Assembly: GCA_050258655.1 (NCBI GenBank)
Contig: JBLMZF010000106.1
Span: 2,669-66,668, forward strand
DNA length: 64,000 bases
Source: Deltaproteobacteria bacterium
GTDB taxonomy: Bacteria > Omnitrophota > Gorgyraeia > Gygaellales > Profunditerraquicolaceae
Direction: 5' to 3'
In this document: piece by piece, positions 33,020-42,420 of the stretch
Layout: every line of letters begins with the position of its first letter
How positions within the stretch are numbered: the first letter of the stretch is position 1
Program-made: the position numbers and the translations under genes
The notes under the pieces: generated by a model
What the model saw: only the letters and a program-made list of their open reading frames with translations
Database searches by the model: none
What the model was told of the DNA's origin: nothing

Positions 33020-34651
33020 TCAGGTGGACGGGGAGACCTTGATGACATGCTGCTCGCCGACCACGCAGAGCTGCTCGACCCTGAAATCCGTCCCGGCTAT
33101 TTCCTTCATCTGACGGGCGCCGGAAGACCGGAGGACGCAGTAAGTGATTCCCTGGCGGACAAGGAAGGCCCTGACCGCCGGGGGATCGGCGGGCGAAAGG
33201 TAGGTGACGGGATGCGGGCTGAAAAATGTGCCGGTGTCGAAGAACGCCGTATCGAGGCCGCTGAAATAGCTCACTCCCCTGACAAAAGGTTTCGAGCAAA
33301 GGACTGTTCCGCGCGCGCCGTTGGCGTTGAGGCATTTCCCTGCCTCCCTGCTCGAGGCAAGCCTGTCGACATCCCTCGATGCGAAAGGCAGGGCAAGGAT
33401 GATGATCAGGTTGAAACCGGCCAGCGCGTAAGCCGCCTTGGAGAGCTTGTCCCTCCTGATAAAGGAGAAGAATATCCATGCGAACACACCCGTGGCCAGT
33501 ATCAGGATATACGCGGGCGTGGCCGAAGACAGATATCCCGAGAAGACGGTAATGCCCGCCACCAGGACGACCGGGATGACCGCGCAGACGGCCAGGGTGA
33601 TCAGGAAACAGTTTTTAAGCAACCGGGAAGAAGCGTTTCCGGAGATAAAGTCCGCGGTTACGACCGCCAGCGCGGGAAAAAGCGGCAGGATATACGTCGT
33701 CAGCTTGGAATGCGCGAACTGGAAAGCCGCCAGAACGGTGATGATCCAGCAGGCGCAGAAGAGCGTGAACGGTTTCGCTTCCCCGATCCTTTTGAACAGA
33801 CGGCCGAGCGCGGCCGCGGTGAAAGCGCTCCAGGGGAACATGCAGCCGATCATGGTCAGAGGATAAAAATACCATCTGTCATTCGACCTGTGCTCGGCGT
33901 AGATCAGACGGCGGTAATGGTCATTGTAGAAGAATTCGCGGATAAAGGCGTCGCCGTGACGGCCGATGATGAAGGCGTACCAGGGGACGCTGATCGCGGC
34001 GCAGAGGGCCAGCCCGGCCGCGAATACGGGATCGAGCAGGAACCCGGGCATCCTCATCAGGAGGACGAAAGCGAGCGCGGCCGCGAACGGTATCGCGGCG
34101 CCCAACGGTCCTTTTGTCAGGACGGCAAGCCCGGAAAAGACGAAGAAAAGCAGGATCCCGGGCCTTTTGCGTTCAGGACAGGCATAGGCCCAGTAGAACG
34201 CTGTCAGGGAAAGCGCGATGAATACCGTGAAGAACATGTCGGTGAAGACCGTCCTGGCCAGCGCCATGTAGAAGATCGCGGACATGCAGACAAGGGCCGA
34301 GAGGAAAGCTTTCCGTTCATCCCTGAATCCCAGCAGTCCCAGGAAATATACGCCCAGAACACCCGCCGTCGCGAACAGCGCGCAGAAGAAACGCGCCCCG
34401 AACGCGTTGACGCCGAAAAGGAGATACCCGATCCGGATCAGCCAGTACGTCAGAATAGGCTTTTCGAACTGCGGCTGGCCGAACATGTACGGCGTCATCC
34501 AGCTGTTGCCCGCCGCCATCTCTTTCGCCGTCTGGGCGTAAAAGACCTCATCGGGATTGGTCAGGTCGAAACTCCCCAGCGAGATGAAGAAGAAAAGTCC
34601 CGCAAGCGCGAGCAGGGTCATGATCCGGGATGTTGTCCTGTTGTCTCTCAT
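33020..34651 (-). CDS. ArnT/PMT-family glycosyltransferase (GT83)
   Basis: DEVFYA, EKP, TKGP, YILP; multi-TM. Confidence 0.88.
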   Translation of the reverse strand: MRDNRTTSRIMTLLALAGLFFFISLGSFDLTNPDEVFYAQTAKEMAAGNSWMTPYMFGQPQFEKPILTYWLIRIGYLLFGVNAFGARFFCALFATAGVLGVYFLGLLGFRDERKAFLSALVCMSAIFYMALARTVFTDMFFTVFIALSLTAFYWAYACPERKRPGILLFFVFSGLAVLTKGPLGAAIPFAAALAFVLLMRMPGFLLDPVFAAGLALCAAISVPWYAFIIGRHGDAFIREFFYNDHYRRLIYAEHRSNDRWYFYPLTMIGCMFPWSAFTAAALGRLFKRIGEAKPFTLFCACWIITVLAAFQFAHSKLTTYILPLFPALAVVTADFISGNASSRLLKNCFLITLAVCAVIPVVLVAGITVFSGYLSSATPAYILILATGVFAWIFFSFIRRDKLSKAAYALAGFNLIIILALPFASRDVDRLASSREAGKCLNANGARGTVLCSKPFVRGVSYFSGLDTAFFDTGTFFSPHPVTYLSPADPPAVRAFLVRQGITYCVLRSSGARQMKEIAGTDFRVEQLCVVGEQHVIKVSPST

Positions 34652-35388
34652 TTTTTCTCCCCTTCCAGCAGCTGCGATATAGTCACGCATTCGTATCCCT
34701 GCGCCTTGAGCTGTTCGACCAGCCTCGGGATGGTCTTCACCGTCTCGCTGCGGTCCCCGCCTTCCGCGGAGAACACTCCTCCGCTGTCATGGAACAGGAT
34801 GATATCTCCCGGTCTGACACGGTCCAGGATGTACTTAATGATGAACCGGTCGTCAAAAGTGACCCAATCCTTGGAACTGAGGTCCCAGAGAACGACGGAA
34901 TAACCCATGTCGCGTATCTTTTCTTTCTCGTTCTTGGAAAGCCAGGCCTTGGGAGGCCGGAAGTACTTCGGCTTCTCCCCCGCCGCAGCGACTATCGACC
35001 TCTCCGCGCGGCTTATCTCGTCTTCAAGCTGGTCGGCCGGCCGCCAGAGCATCATCGCGTGGCTATAGCTGTGGTTGCCGATCTCGTGGCCCTCCGCGGC
35101 GACCCGCCGCGCTATATCCGGATACCGCTCCACGTGCCTTCCGATCATGAAGAATGTCGCCTTCACGCCCGCCTTCTTAAGCTCATCAAGGATCAGGGGC
35201 GTCCAAACGGGCGAGGGACCGTCATCGAAAGTAAGCGCGACCATCTTACGGCTGCCGGTACCGCGGTATATAGTTCCCTTGCGGACCAGGACAGCCTGGT
35301 CGAAAAAGACGGTGACGGCGACGAAAATAACAGCCGCGCAGAGAATACCTGTCAAAACGGATAAAAGAGGATAGAAATACTTTTTCAT
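34648..35388 (-). CDS. Polysaccharide deacetylase (CE4)
   Basis: TFDDGP, HSYSH, FRPP, DW, LFHD. Confidence 0.92.
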   Translation of the reverse strand: MKKYFYPLLSVLTGILCAAVIFVAVTVFFDQAVLVRKGTIYRGTGSRKMVALTFDDGPSPVWTPLILDELKKAGVKATFFMIGRHVERYPDIARRVAAEGHEIGNHSYSHAMMLWRPADQLEDEISRAERSIVAAAGEKPKYFRPPKAWLSKNEKEKIRDMGYSVVLWDLSSKDWVTFDDRFIIKYILDRVRPGDIILFHDSGGVFSAEGGDRSETVKTIPRLVEQLKAQGYECVTISQLLEGEKK

Positions 35389-35452
35389 TCTGGCTTTCAA
35401 AAGGATCGCCTTTAGGGGGGTAGAGACCATTATAGCAAAAAACCCGGGAAAT

Positions 35453-35511
35453 AAATAGGGACAGAAACTATTTGTCAACGCGTTGTTGAAAAACGGTTTC
35501 TGTCCCTATTT
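35453..35511. repeat. 16-bp inverted repeat AAATAGGGACAGAAAC...GTTTCTGTCCCTATTT (REP-like/terminator)
   Basis: Arms at 35453-35468 and 35496-35511. Confidence 0.7.
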
Positions 35512-35556
35512 TTTGCCCTGTTTGTTTACCTGTGGTTCCCGGGTGAATCCCGAAAC

Positions 35557-36030
35557 CTATGCAGTCTTTTTCCGCCTGAAGCCAGCCATACCGAGGAGAC
35601 CGCTGCCCAGCAGCAGAAGTGTCGCGGGTTCGGGTATGGGACTGCTGATATCATTGAAGATCCAGTGCGGGTCAGTCCTCGGTCCGATGTCGGATGTCGT
35701 GAATATGAGCTGCTGGTCAGTGAACCAGAGGGACTCGGGCACATCCGTCGAGTATGTCTTCCAGTCCGGATACGTGCCGCCTGTCTCAGTCACCGTGCCG
35801 ATAAGCACCCCGTTCGCGGTCCTGACTGTCAGCATATCGCCGGCAGAGCCCGCGGGCGGATCCATCGCGTTGATCTCCTGGTAATTGAAATTCAGCGTTT
35901 TGCCGAGCTCCATGGACTTGGTGAAATCCTGCCGGGATGTCGTCCAGCCTTCCCAGGGAAGGGCCCAGGCTGCTTCCGTGCTCAGGACGACCGCCGTCGC
36001 GAGCAGAAGCAGTGAAACGAGTTTTTTCAT
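35557..36030 (-). CDS. PEP-CTERM sorting domain protein
   Basis: Signal peptide; C-terminal IPEPATLLLLGSGLLGMAGFRRKK. Confidence 0.92.
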   Translation of the reverse strand: MKKLVSLLLLATAVVLSTEAAWALPWEGWTTSRQDFTKSMELGKTLNFNYQEINAMDPPAGSAGDMLTVRTANGVLIGTVTETGGTYPDWKTYSTDVPESLWFTDQQLIFTTSDIGPRTDPHWIFNDISSPIPEPATLLLLGSGLLGMAGFRRKKTA

Positions 36031-36079
36031 TGCCCACCTCCTTTCATTTCATTAAAACAACTCTCCCGTTTATGTAAAA

Positions 36080-36094
36080 GCATTATCCGTACCA
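36080..36094 (-). promoter_or_regulatory. Sigma54 (-24/-12) promoter for the PEP-CTERM gene
   Basis: TGGTACGGATAATGC, GG-N10-GC spacing. Confidence 0.6.
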
Positions 36095-36171
36095 AAACAC
36101 GCTGAAGCGGCAGATGCGCCGCCGGAGGGCTGGGGAGACTCCGCTTGTCCTTATTTGTAATCATGATGTTG

Positions 36172-36204
36172 AAAAAAGAAGAGCGGCGGGATACCGCCGC
36201 TCTT
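36172..36204 (-). terminator. Rho-independent terminator after the DUF1328 gene
   Basis: AAGAGCGGCGG-4 nt-CCGCCGCTCTT followed by a U-tract on the minus strand. Confidence 0.7.
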
Positions 36205-36229
36205 ACCGTTGGAAAAAGACGATGGGTCT

Positions 36230-36397
36230 TTAGATCTGCCGCGGCCTCCTGCCCATGATCAGGCTGACGATGAAAAGTATGAGGAAGATGAAGAACAGGA
36301 CTTTCGCGATGTCCATCGAGGTGCCCGCTATGTTCGTGAAGCCGAACAGGGCCGCGACGATAGAAACGATCAGGAAAATAATTGACCAGGTAAGCAT
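36230..36397 (-). CDS. DUF1328 (UPF0391/YtjA-like) small membrane protein, 55 aa
   Basis: Manual translation [55 protein letters not shown]; AGGAG SD; below the ORF-track cutoff. Confidence 0.88.
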   Translation of the reverse strand: MLTWSIIFLIVSIVAALFGFTNIAGTSMDIAKVLFFIFLILFIVSLIMGRRPRQI

Positions 36398-36467
36398 ACA
36401 CGCTCCTTTCTTTATAAAAGTTTTGCTTTTCCCTCTTTATTTACTATACTCTCGAAGGGCAGCTCCC

Positions 36468-38501
36468 TCAATCGGCCGGCGCCCCTTTGTACTGATCTTT
36501 TTCCGCCGCTCTGCCGTCACTCTTCGACAGGCAGCGCAGGAGCTCCGCGACGCTCCACGCCTGCGCGACGCAGCCGCGCGCCGCGAACGGAGTCTCCGCG
36601 TCGAAGATCTCGCTGATCGACCCGATGCAGCCGTCGTCCAGGTGCGAAGAGAACCCCCGCAGGAACCGGGCGCCGTCCGAATCGCCGTGCACCTTGCGCC
36701 AGGCGTCGAAAAAAGGACCGATGAGCCAGGCCCATACCGTGCCTTCGTGGTATGCGGCATCGCGGGAACGGATATCGCCGTAATACTTCGGCTTGAAGTC
36801 GGCGGATTCCCTGGAAAGCGAGCGCAGCCCTACCGGTGTCAGCAGCCTTTGTTCCGCTTTTTCCAGCACGCTTTCCCACCGCTCTCTGTCCAGGACCGGA
36901 TGCGTGAGGCTGATCGCCAGGAGCTGGTTGGGCCGGAAGGAAGTGTCATCACCCCATTCTCCGTCGACGATGTCGTACAGGTACCCTCCCTTTTCGTACC
37001 AGAACCTCCGGTTGAACGCTTCGCGGCACCGTTCGGCCTGCTCTTTCAGAGAGTGCGCCGCATCCCTGCCGCGCTCCTCCTCGACCCAGCCTGAGAGAAG
37101 GCGCAGCGCGTTGTACCAGAGGGCGTTTATCTCAACGGCCTTGCCCCTCCTCGGCGTCACGACCCACTCGCCCACCTTCGCGTCCATCCATGTCAGCGCC
37201 ACCCCCCGGTCCCCCTGCCGCACGAGACCGTCGTGCGGGTCCACTCCGATGTTGAAAAGGGTACCCTGCGTGTAATTTTCGACGATATCGAGCAGGCGGG
37301 GAAGCATGAACCGCAGCAGACCACGCTCCCCTGTGTAGGCCAGGTAACGCTCTATCGCGTGGAAGAACCAGAGCGTCGCGTCGGCGGTGTTGTAGACAGC
37401 CTGGGCGTTGCCTTCCGGGAAACGATTGGGGATCAGACCGTTGTTGATGTGATGCGCGAAGGTGCGCAGGATCCAGGCCGCCTCGGCGTGGCGGCCCGTC
37501 ACCAGTGCCAGCCCTTCGAGGCTGATCATCGTGTCGCGTCCCCAGTCGGTGAACCAGTGGTAACCCGCGATGACCGTGCGCACCTCTCCGCCATATGCGT
37601 TCGCGCGCGCCAGGTCCTGCGTCCGTCCGGCGGGCGTCACGATGAACTGGTCCGCCGCCAGGACAAGCTGGCGCAGGGGACCGTCAGGAGGAGCTTCAGC
37701 TATCGACAGCAGGACCTGCCTCCGCTCGTTCTCGGCGGACAGCGCATCCTGCGGTTTGAGCGACAGGAGGAGTTCCCATTCTTCTGTCGAAGCGGCGAAG
37801 GCGGCCGGCGTATCCGGCGAAAGGCTGGCCGAGAAATAACCGGGGCTCCAGAGACCGCCCCGCGAGGTGTAGCCGAGGGTCTCTTCGGTCCTGTAGAGCA
37901 GCTCGTCGACGATAAGCCTTTTGCAGACGAAAGCCCGGTCACGGCCGTACAGGAGCATCCTGAGCCGGGGAAGATAGGCGCGCTCCGAGACTTCGTACCT
38001 GTCCTCTGTCACGGTCAGCAGATAATCCTTGCGCAGGGGCGTGTCGACAGGCTCCTCGTGCCGCCGGAAATTGATCGCCGGCCTCAGCCGCAGTTCCACC
38101 GGTACTTCCCCTGCGACCATCCGGTAAAGCACGAAGACCGTGTTCTGTTTGTACGGGCAGAAGACGCGCTTCTCGATCACCGCCCGCCCCGTCTCATAGC
38201 GCCAGACGGGAAGCCCAAGCTCAAGACGGAAATCGCTGCACCGGCAGCAGTCCTTCTGCGGCCCGCAATCCGAGCGTTCCTCGCCGCCGAGCGACAGGCA
38301 CGCCCCGCCGGTGACCGCTTCTTCATACAGGTGATTGAGCATCACCCTGCGGCCCTGCGCGGGAAGATCGGCGATCAGCAGCCCGTGATAGCGCCTGGTG
38401 ATCACTCCGGCAACAGTACCCGAGGCATATCCCCCGAGCCCGTTGGTCACCAGCCACTCCTTCGTCAGCAGAGCTTCCTGTGAGCAGTCGAGGATACCCA
38501 T
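36468..38501 (-). CDS. Amylo-alpha-1,6-glucosidase (glycogen debranching)
   Basis: EWLVTNGLGGYASG, AGYHWFTDWGRDTMISL, LTWMDAK, QAWS. Confidence 0.92.
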   Translation of the reverse strand: MGILDCSQEALLTKEWLVTNGLGGYASGTVAGVITRRYHGLLIADLPAQGRRVMLNHLYEEAVTGGACLSLGGEERSDCGPQKDCCRCSDFRLELGLPVWRYETGRAVIEKRVFCPYKQNTVFVLYRMVAGEVPVELRLRPAINFRRHEEPVDTPLRKDYLLTVTEDRYEVSERAYLPRLRMLLYGRDRAFVCKRLIVDELLYRTEETLGYTSRGGLWSPGYFSASLSPDTPAAFAASTEEWELLLSLKPQDALSAENERRQVLLSIAEAPPDGPLRQLVLAADQFIVTPAGRTQDLARANAYGGEVRTVIAGYHWFTDWGRDTMISLEGLALVTGRHAEAAWILRTFAHHINNGLIPNRFPEGNAQAVYNTADATLWFFHAIERYLAYTGERGLLRFMLPRLLDIVENYTQGTLFNIGVDPHDGLVRQGDRGVALTWMDAKVGEWVVTPRRGKAVEINALWYNALRLLSGWVEEERGRDAAHSLKEQAERCREAFNRRFWYEKGGYLYDIVDGEWGDDTSFRPNQLLAISLTHPVLDRERWESVLEKAEQRLLTPVGLRSLSRESADFKPKYYGDIRSRDAAYHEGTVWAWLIGPFFDAWRKVHGDSDGARFLRGFSSHLDDGCIGSISEIFDAETPFAARGCVAQAWSVAELLRCLSKSDGRAAEKDQYKGAPAD

Positions 38502-41030
38502 CTACCTGTCCTTGTACAATCCGTCAAGTTTTGTCAGGCTGGGCAAAAGGTCCACGCCTTTGCCCAGCACTCCCCTCTCCCAGGCATTTCCCCGCGCCTG
38601 CATGCGCTCGGGCATGGTGCGGATGGTGAACTGCGCGGGATCGAGTTTCCGGGTCACCTCGTTCCAGGCAAGCGGACACGAAACGGTAGCCTTTTCCTTC
38701 GGCCGGACGGAATACGGAGCGGCCATCGTCTTTCCTTTCCCGTTTTGCAGGAAGTCGAGATAGACTTTGCCCTCGCGGGCATGGGGCATACGTTTGACAC
38801 TGGTGATCGCCGGGATCAGCGAGTTGACGTACCTGTTGACCAGTTCGGCAAAGGTGCGCGCCTGGTCATAGGTGTAACGGGCGGCAAGCGGCACATACAC
38901 ATGCATTCCTTTCGCGCCTGAGGTCTTGCAGTACGAAGGGCAGCCGATCTTCTCCAGGACCTCATGCGTCACCAGCACAGCCTCGACGACGTCCGCGAAC
39001 GATGCCAAATGCGGGTCGAAATCGAGCACCAGATAATCGGGGTAATCAGGTCTCTGTATCCGGGAATTCCACGGGTTTATCTCGATGCACCCGAGGTTTA
39101 CCATGTACAGGAGCGACGCCTCGTCCTGGCAGACCATGTACGAGACCGGCTCCTCTCCCGGCTCGCGAACGGTATACGTCTTTACCCAGTCCGGGACGAT
39201 ATCGCCCACGTTCTTGTGGAAAAAGCTCTTCCCGTGGATCCCGTTCGGGAAACGGTGGAGGGATTCGGGCCTGCCGGTAAGGAACGGCAGGATCCGGGAG
39301 GCAGCCGTCCGGTAATACTCGATCAGGTCGAGCTTGGTGTAGCCTTCGTCCGGCCAGAACACCTTGCTCAGGTTGGTGAGTTTCACCTCTCTGCCGCTCA
39401 CCGCGACGGTCTCTTCGTTCTCCTTTTTCTCAACGGGAAGAAACCGGCGGACGGGCGCGGCCTGCGGCGCCTCCCGCCTGACTTCCGACGGAGCCTTGTC
39501 AGAGCGGAGCCCCAGGAACACGGGATGGCGCATCAGACCTTCCTGCGTCCATTCGGTGAAACGCACTTCACAGACCAGCCGCGGCTCGACCCAGGCCGCA
39601 TCACGCGCCGACTCAAGGTTCCTGAACGGGGAGCGCTGACGCTCAAGCGGCTGGAGCCTCCGGAACAGCGAATCGAGTTCACGGTCGCTGAAGCCGCCCC
39701 CGCTGTGACCGATATAGACGAACCCGCCTTTTTCGTCATAGAGCCCCAAGAGCAGAGAACCGAAACGCGTGCGCCCGCCTTTGGGCGCGGTGAACCCCCC
39801 GATGACAGCCTCCTGTCGTTTCTCGGCCTTGACCTTCTGCCAGGTCCGGGTCCTCCTGCCTTCCTCGTACACGCTTGAGCCGTCCTTGGCAAGCATTCCC
39901 TCGACACCGTTCTCGACCACGAACCGGAACAGCTCAAGCCCTTTGTCCTCGATATGGGAGCTGAACCGTATATCTGTGACCAGAGGCGACAGGAATCTCT
40001 CGAGCAGCTCTTTGCGGCGGCGCAGGGGAAGGGAACGCAGGTCGTATCCGGCCAGAAAAAGCAGGTCGAACACGTAATACACAAGTATCCCCCTGCCCGT
40101 GCGGATGTAGTTCTGAAGAAGCTGGAAATCCGCCCGGCCTTTCTGATCGACCGCTACGATCTCTCCGTCGATCACCGCTGACGCAGAGAAACGGGAGAGT
40201 GAACGGAAAACGGGCTCGAACTGACGGCTGAAATCCTGGCCGTTGCGCGAGTAAAGGCGCGTTCCCTGCGGTCCTGTCTGGGCGATAGCGCGGTAACCGT
40301 CCCATTTTATCTCGAAAAGCCATCCCTGCCTGTCGAACGGCTCGTCGACAAGTGTGGCAAGCATGGGACGGACAATATGCGGGATGGAAGCGCGCGGGAC
40401 GCCGCCGGCCTCAAGCGGGGAAAGGTCCGGGGCGGGTATCCCGACGGGGCGGGAAGCGGTGCCGCCTGCGATCTCGCGCAGGTCGCGGCCGGAAAGGACA
40501 GACCTGTCCTCGCGGGTGATGTCGGACCCCGAAGCGGTATCGTCGTCCTTCTTGAACAGGAGCCAGGCGTTCTCGCCTCTTGACGGCATGCGCACGAGGT
40601 AGAATTCGCCCTTGAGCTTATGCCCTTCGAGCACGAACGCGACCCTGCCGTCGCGTATCTGGCGCTCGATCTCCTCACCGGGATCACCGTCGCCGTGGGC
40701 GGGCCTGTACGTCCCCCGGTCCCACACCATCACCGTACCGGCCCCGTAATTACCCTCGGGGATGGTCCCCTCGAACCCGGCGTAATCGAGCGGGTGGTCC
40801 TCAACCATCATCGCCAGCCGTTTAACACGGGGATCAAGGGAAGGCCCTTTCGGCACCGCCCAGCTCTTCAGGGCGCCGCCCGCCTCGATCCTCAGATCGT
40901 AATGCAGGTGCGACGCGCGGTGCTTCTGCACGACGAACGCGAGAGGTGCCCGTTTCTCTTCTGTCTTTCGGGGAGCTGGCTCGGGGGTACGGGACAGATC
41001 CCTCTTGCGCAGGTATTCCCTGAGGGCCAT
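38502..41030 (-). CDS. ligD: DNA ligase D (phosphoesterase-ligase-polymerase)
   Basis: VQKH.A..LHYD.R.E, SWAVPKGP, EIKWDGYR, DFDP, KTSG.KG.H. Confidence 0.96.
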   Translation of the reverse strand: MALREYLRKRDLSRTPEPAPRKTEEKRAPLAFVVQKHRASHLHYDLRIEAGGALKSWAVPKGPSLDPRVKRLAMMVEDHPLDYAGFEGTIPEGNYGAGTVMVWDRGTYRPAHGDGDPGEEIERQIRDGRVAFVLEGHKLKGEFYLVRMPSRGENAWLLFKKDDDTASGSDITREDRSVLSGRDLREIAGGTASRPVGIPAPDLSPLEAGGVPRASIPHIVRPMLATLVDEPFDRQGWLFEIKWDGYRAIAQTGPQGTRLYSRNGQDFSRQFEPVFRSLSRFSASAVIDGEIVAVDQKGRADFQLLQNYIRTGRGILVYYVFDLLFLAGYDLRSLPLRRRKELLERFLSPLVTDIRFSSHIEDKGLELFRFVVENGVEGMLAKDGSSVYEEGRRTRTWQKVKAEKRQEAVIGGFTAPKGGRTRFGSLLLGLYDEKGGFVYIGHSGGGFSDRELDSLFRRLQPLERQRSPFRNLESARDAAWVEPRLVCEVRFTEWTQEGLMRHPVFLGLRSDKAPSEVRREAPQAAPVRRFLPVEKKENEETVAVSGREVKLTNLSKVFWPDEGYTKLDLIEYYRTAASRILPFLTGRPESLHRFPNGIHGKSFFHKNVGDIVPDWVKTYTVREPGEEPVSYMVCQDEASLLYMVNLGCIEINPWNSRIQRPDYPDYLVLDFDPHLASFADVVEAVLVTHEVLEKIGCPSYCKTSGAKGMHVYVPLAARYTYDQARTFAELVNRYVNSLIPAITSVKRMPHAREGKVYLDFLQNGKGKTMAAPYSVRPKEKATVSCPLAWNEVTRKLDPAQFTIRTMPERMQARGNAWERGVLGKGVDLLPSLTKLDGLYKDR

Positions 41031-41035
41031 GCGGA

Positions 41036-41902
41036 TCAGGAACCGTCTATGGGACGCATTGTCCCGGGTTTGCGGACCGCCTTCCAGGGCGTACGGATCC
41101 CTTCCTCCTCAGCGAACCCCTGCATGATGTCCCCCGTCACGGTCCCTTCGAAATTTATGGTACGTTCGCGCGCGGCGTATTCAAGCGAGATGGTGAAAAG
41201 GATCTTATCGGCCTCGACCCGCAGCGACACCGCCTTCCCCTGGGCGGGAAACGCCGCCAGCGAGGCAGTGCCCTTCTGGAAGACCTGGTCCACCTTCATC
41301 GAATACCTCTGGCGGCCGCCCTGCCATACCCAGGTCCCCGACACATTGGACGGCACGATCCAGTAATACACCCTGCTGTCGCCGAGACGGGCCTGTCCAT
41401 CGGGCTTCCATTCCCCGAGATCGAAATCCCGGGCGACAAGCCGCGTGCCCGGCTTGAGCTCGGCAAGAAGCTTCGGCCTTATCGCCGCCGACTGACGGGG
41501 AAGGAGATAGAGTGAGACGACGCTGGCCGAGGAAAGGGGGACGGAACCGAGGTCCGTCTCGATGAATTCGACACGGTCGGAGACTCCGGCTTTCCGGGCG
41601 TTCTGCCTTCCCTGCTCGAGACGGATGTGGTCGGTATCTATACCGACTCCCCGGCATCCGAACTCGCTCGCGCCGGTGATAGCCACCCTGCCGTCGCCGC
41701 AGCCCAGGTCATAGAGGACATCGCCTTTGCCCACGCCGGCCATCTTCAGCATCAGCCTCGCCACCGATAGAGAATAGGCCTCTGCCGCTTCGGCCGGGGT
41801 CAACATCTCCTCGTCGTCTTCCAGATTCCCCGGATCTTCCTGGGCAAAGCAGGCAAAGGGCAGGACGGCGACGGCCAGGGCCGCGATGATGTAGGGTCGC
41901 AT
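41036..41902 (-). CDS. SAM-dependent methyltransferase with a signal-peptide-like N-terminus
   Basis: YDLGCGDGR, LKPGTR. Confidence 0.8.
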   Translation of the reverse strand: MRPYIIAALAVAVLPFACFAQEDPGNLEDDEEMLTPAEAAEAYSLSVARLMLKMAGVGKGDVLYDLGCGDGRVAITGASEFGCRGVGIDTDHIRLEQGRQNARKAGVSDRVEFIETDLGSVPLSSASVVSLYLLPRQSAAIRPKLLAELKPGTRLVARDFDLGEWKPDGQARLGDSRVYYWIVPSNVSGTWVWQGGRQRYSMKVDQVFQKGTASLAAFPAQGKAVSLRVEADKILFTISLEYAARERTINFEGTVTGDIMQGFAEEEGIRTPWKAVRKPGTMRPIDGS

Positions 41903-41934
41903 GTGTTTTCCGTTTTTGAGGTGATCGCGCGTTT

Positions 41935-42388
41935 TCAGGCAGTGCGCTCTATATCCTTCAGCGCCTCTTCGAGGTAAAGGATATGCTGTTTTTCTTCGCC
42001 CCGCCCGTTATCAACGAGGAACCGCGCCTTGAGGGAAAGGTCTTGCCGGGCGGCCTCATCGTACGCGTGGCTCGCCAGCGTCTCGTTCCTCAAAAGAAGC
42101 CGCAGGATACCGGCGTCCCCGGAGCCCGGTGATCGCGACTCGAACTCCTCGGTGTCGAAATCCTTCTCACTTGAAGGACAACGGGCGGGGGCATTGGCGC
42201 CGAGGTCCACTATCAGGTTCGAGAGCTGCTGGAAATGGACCGCGTGCTCGCTCCGGTACGACTGGAGCCTGTCCTTTATCACCGGCTCGCTCAGCTCCCT
42301 GATAGCCTGGTCGTACGCGTCGATGGTATCAAGGTCGGTCTGGGCAAGTTCGGTCAGCCTTTTTGCCATCTCGAGGTCAGCCATCATG
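41935..42388 (-). CDS. Ferritin-like (DUF2383-type) protein
   Basis: D..DAY..AI, EH..H, E..H four-helix pattern. Confidence 0.7.
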
Positions 42389-42420
42389 TCCTTTCCCACC
42401 GGCCGCCGCGGGGCCGCGGC

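Noticed and set aside
36027-36401. 124 aa minus-strand ORF upstream of the PEP-CTERM gene
   Set aside because: It overlaps the better supported DUF1328 gene, its terminator and the sigma54 promoter.
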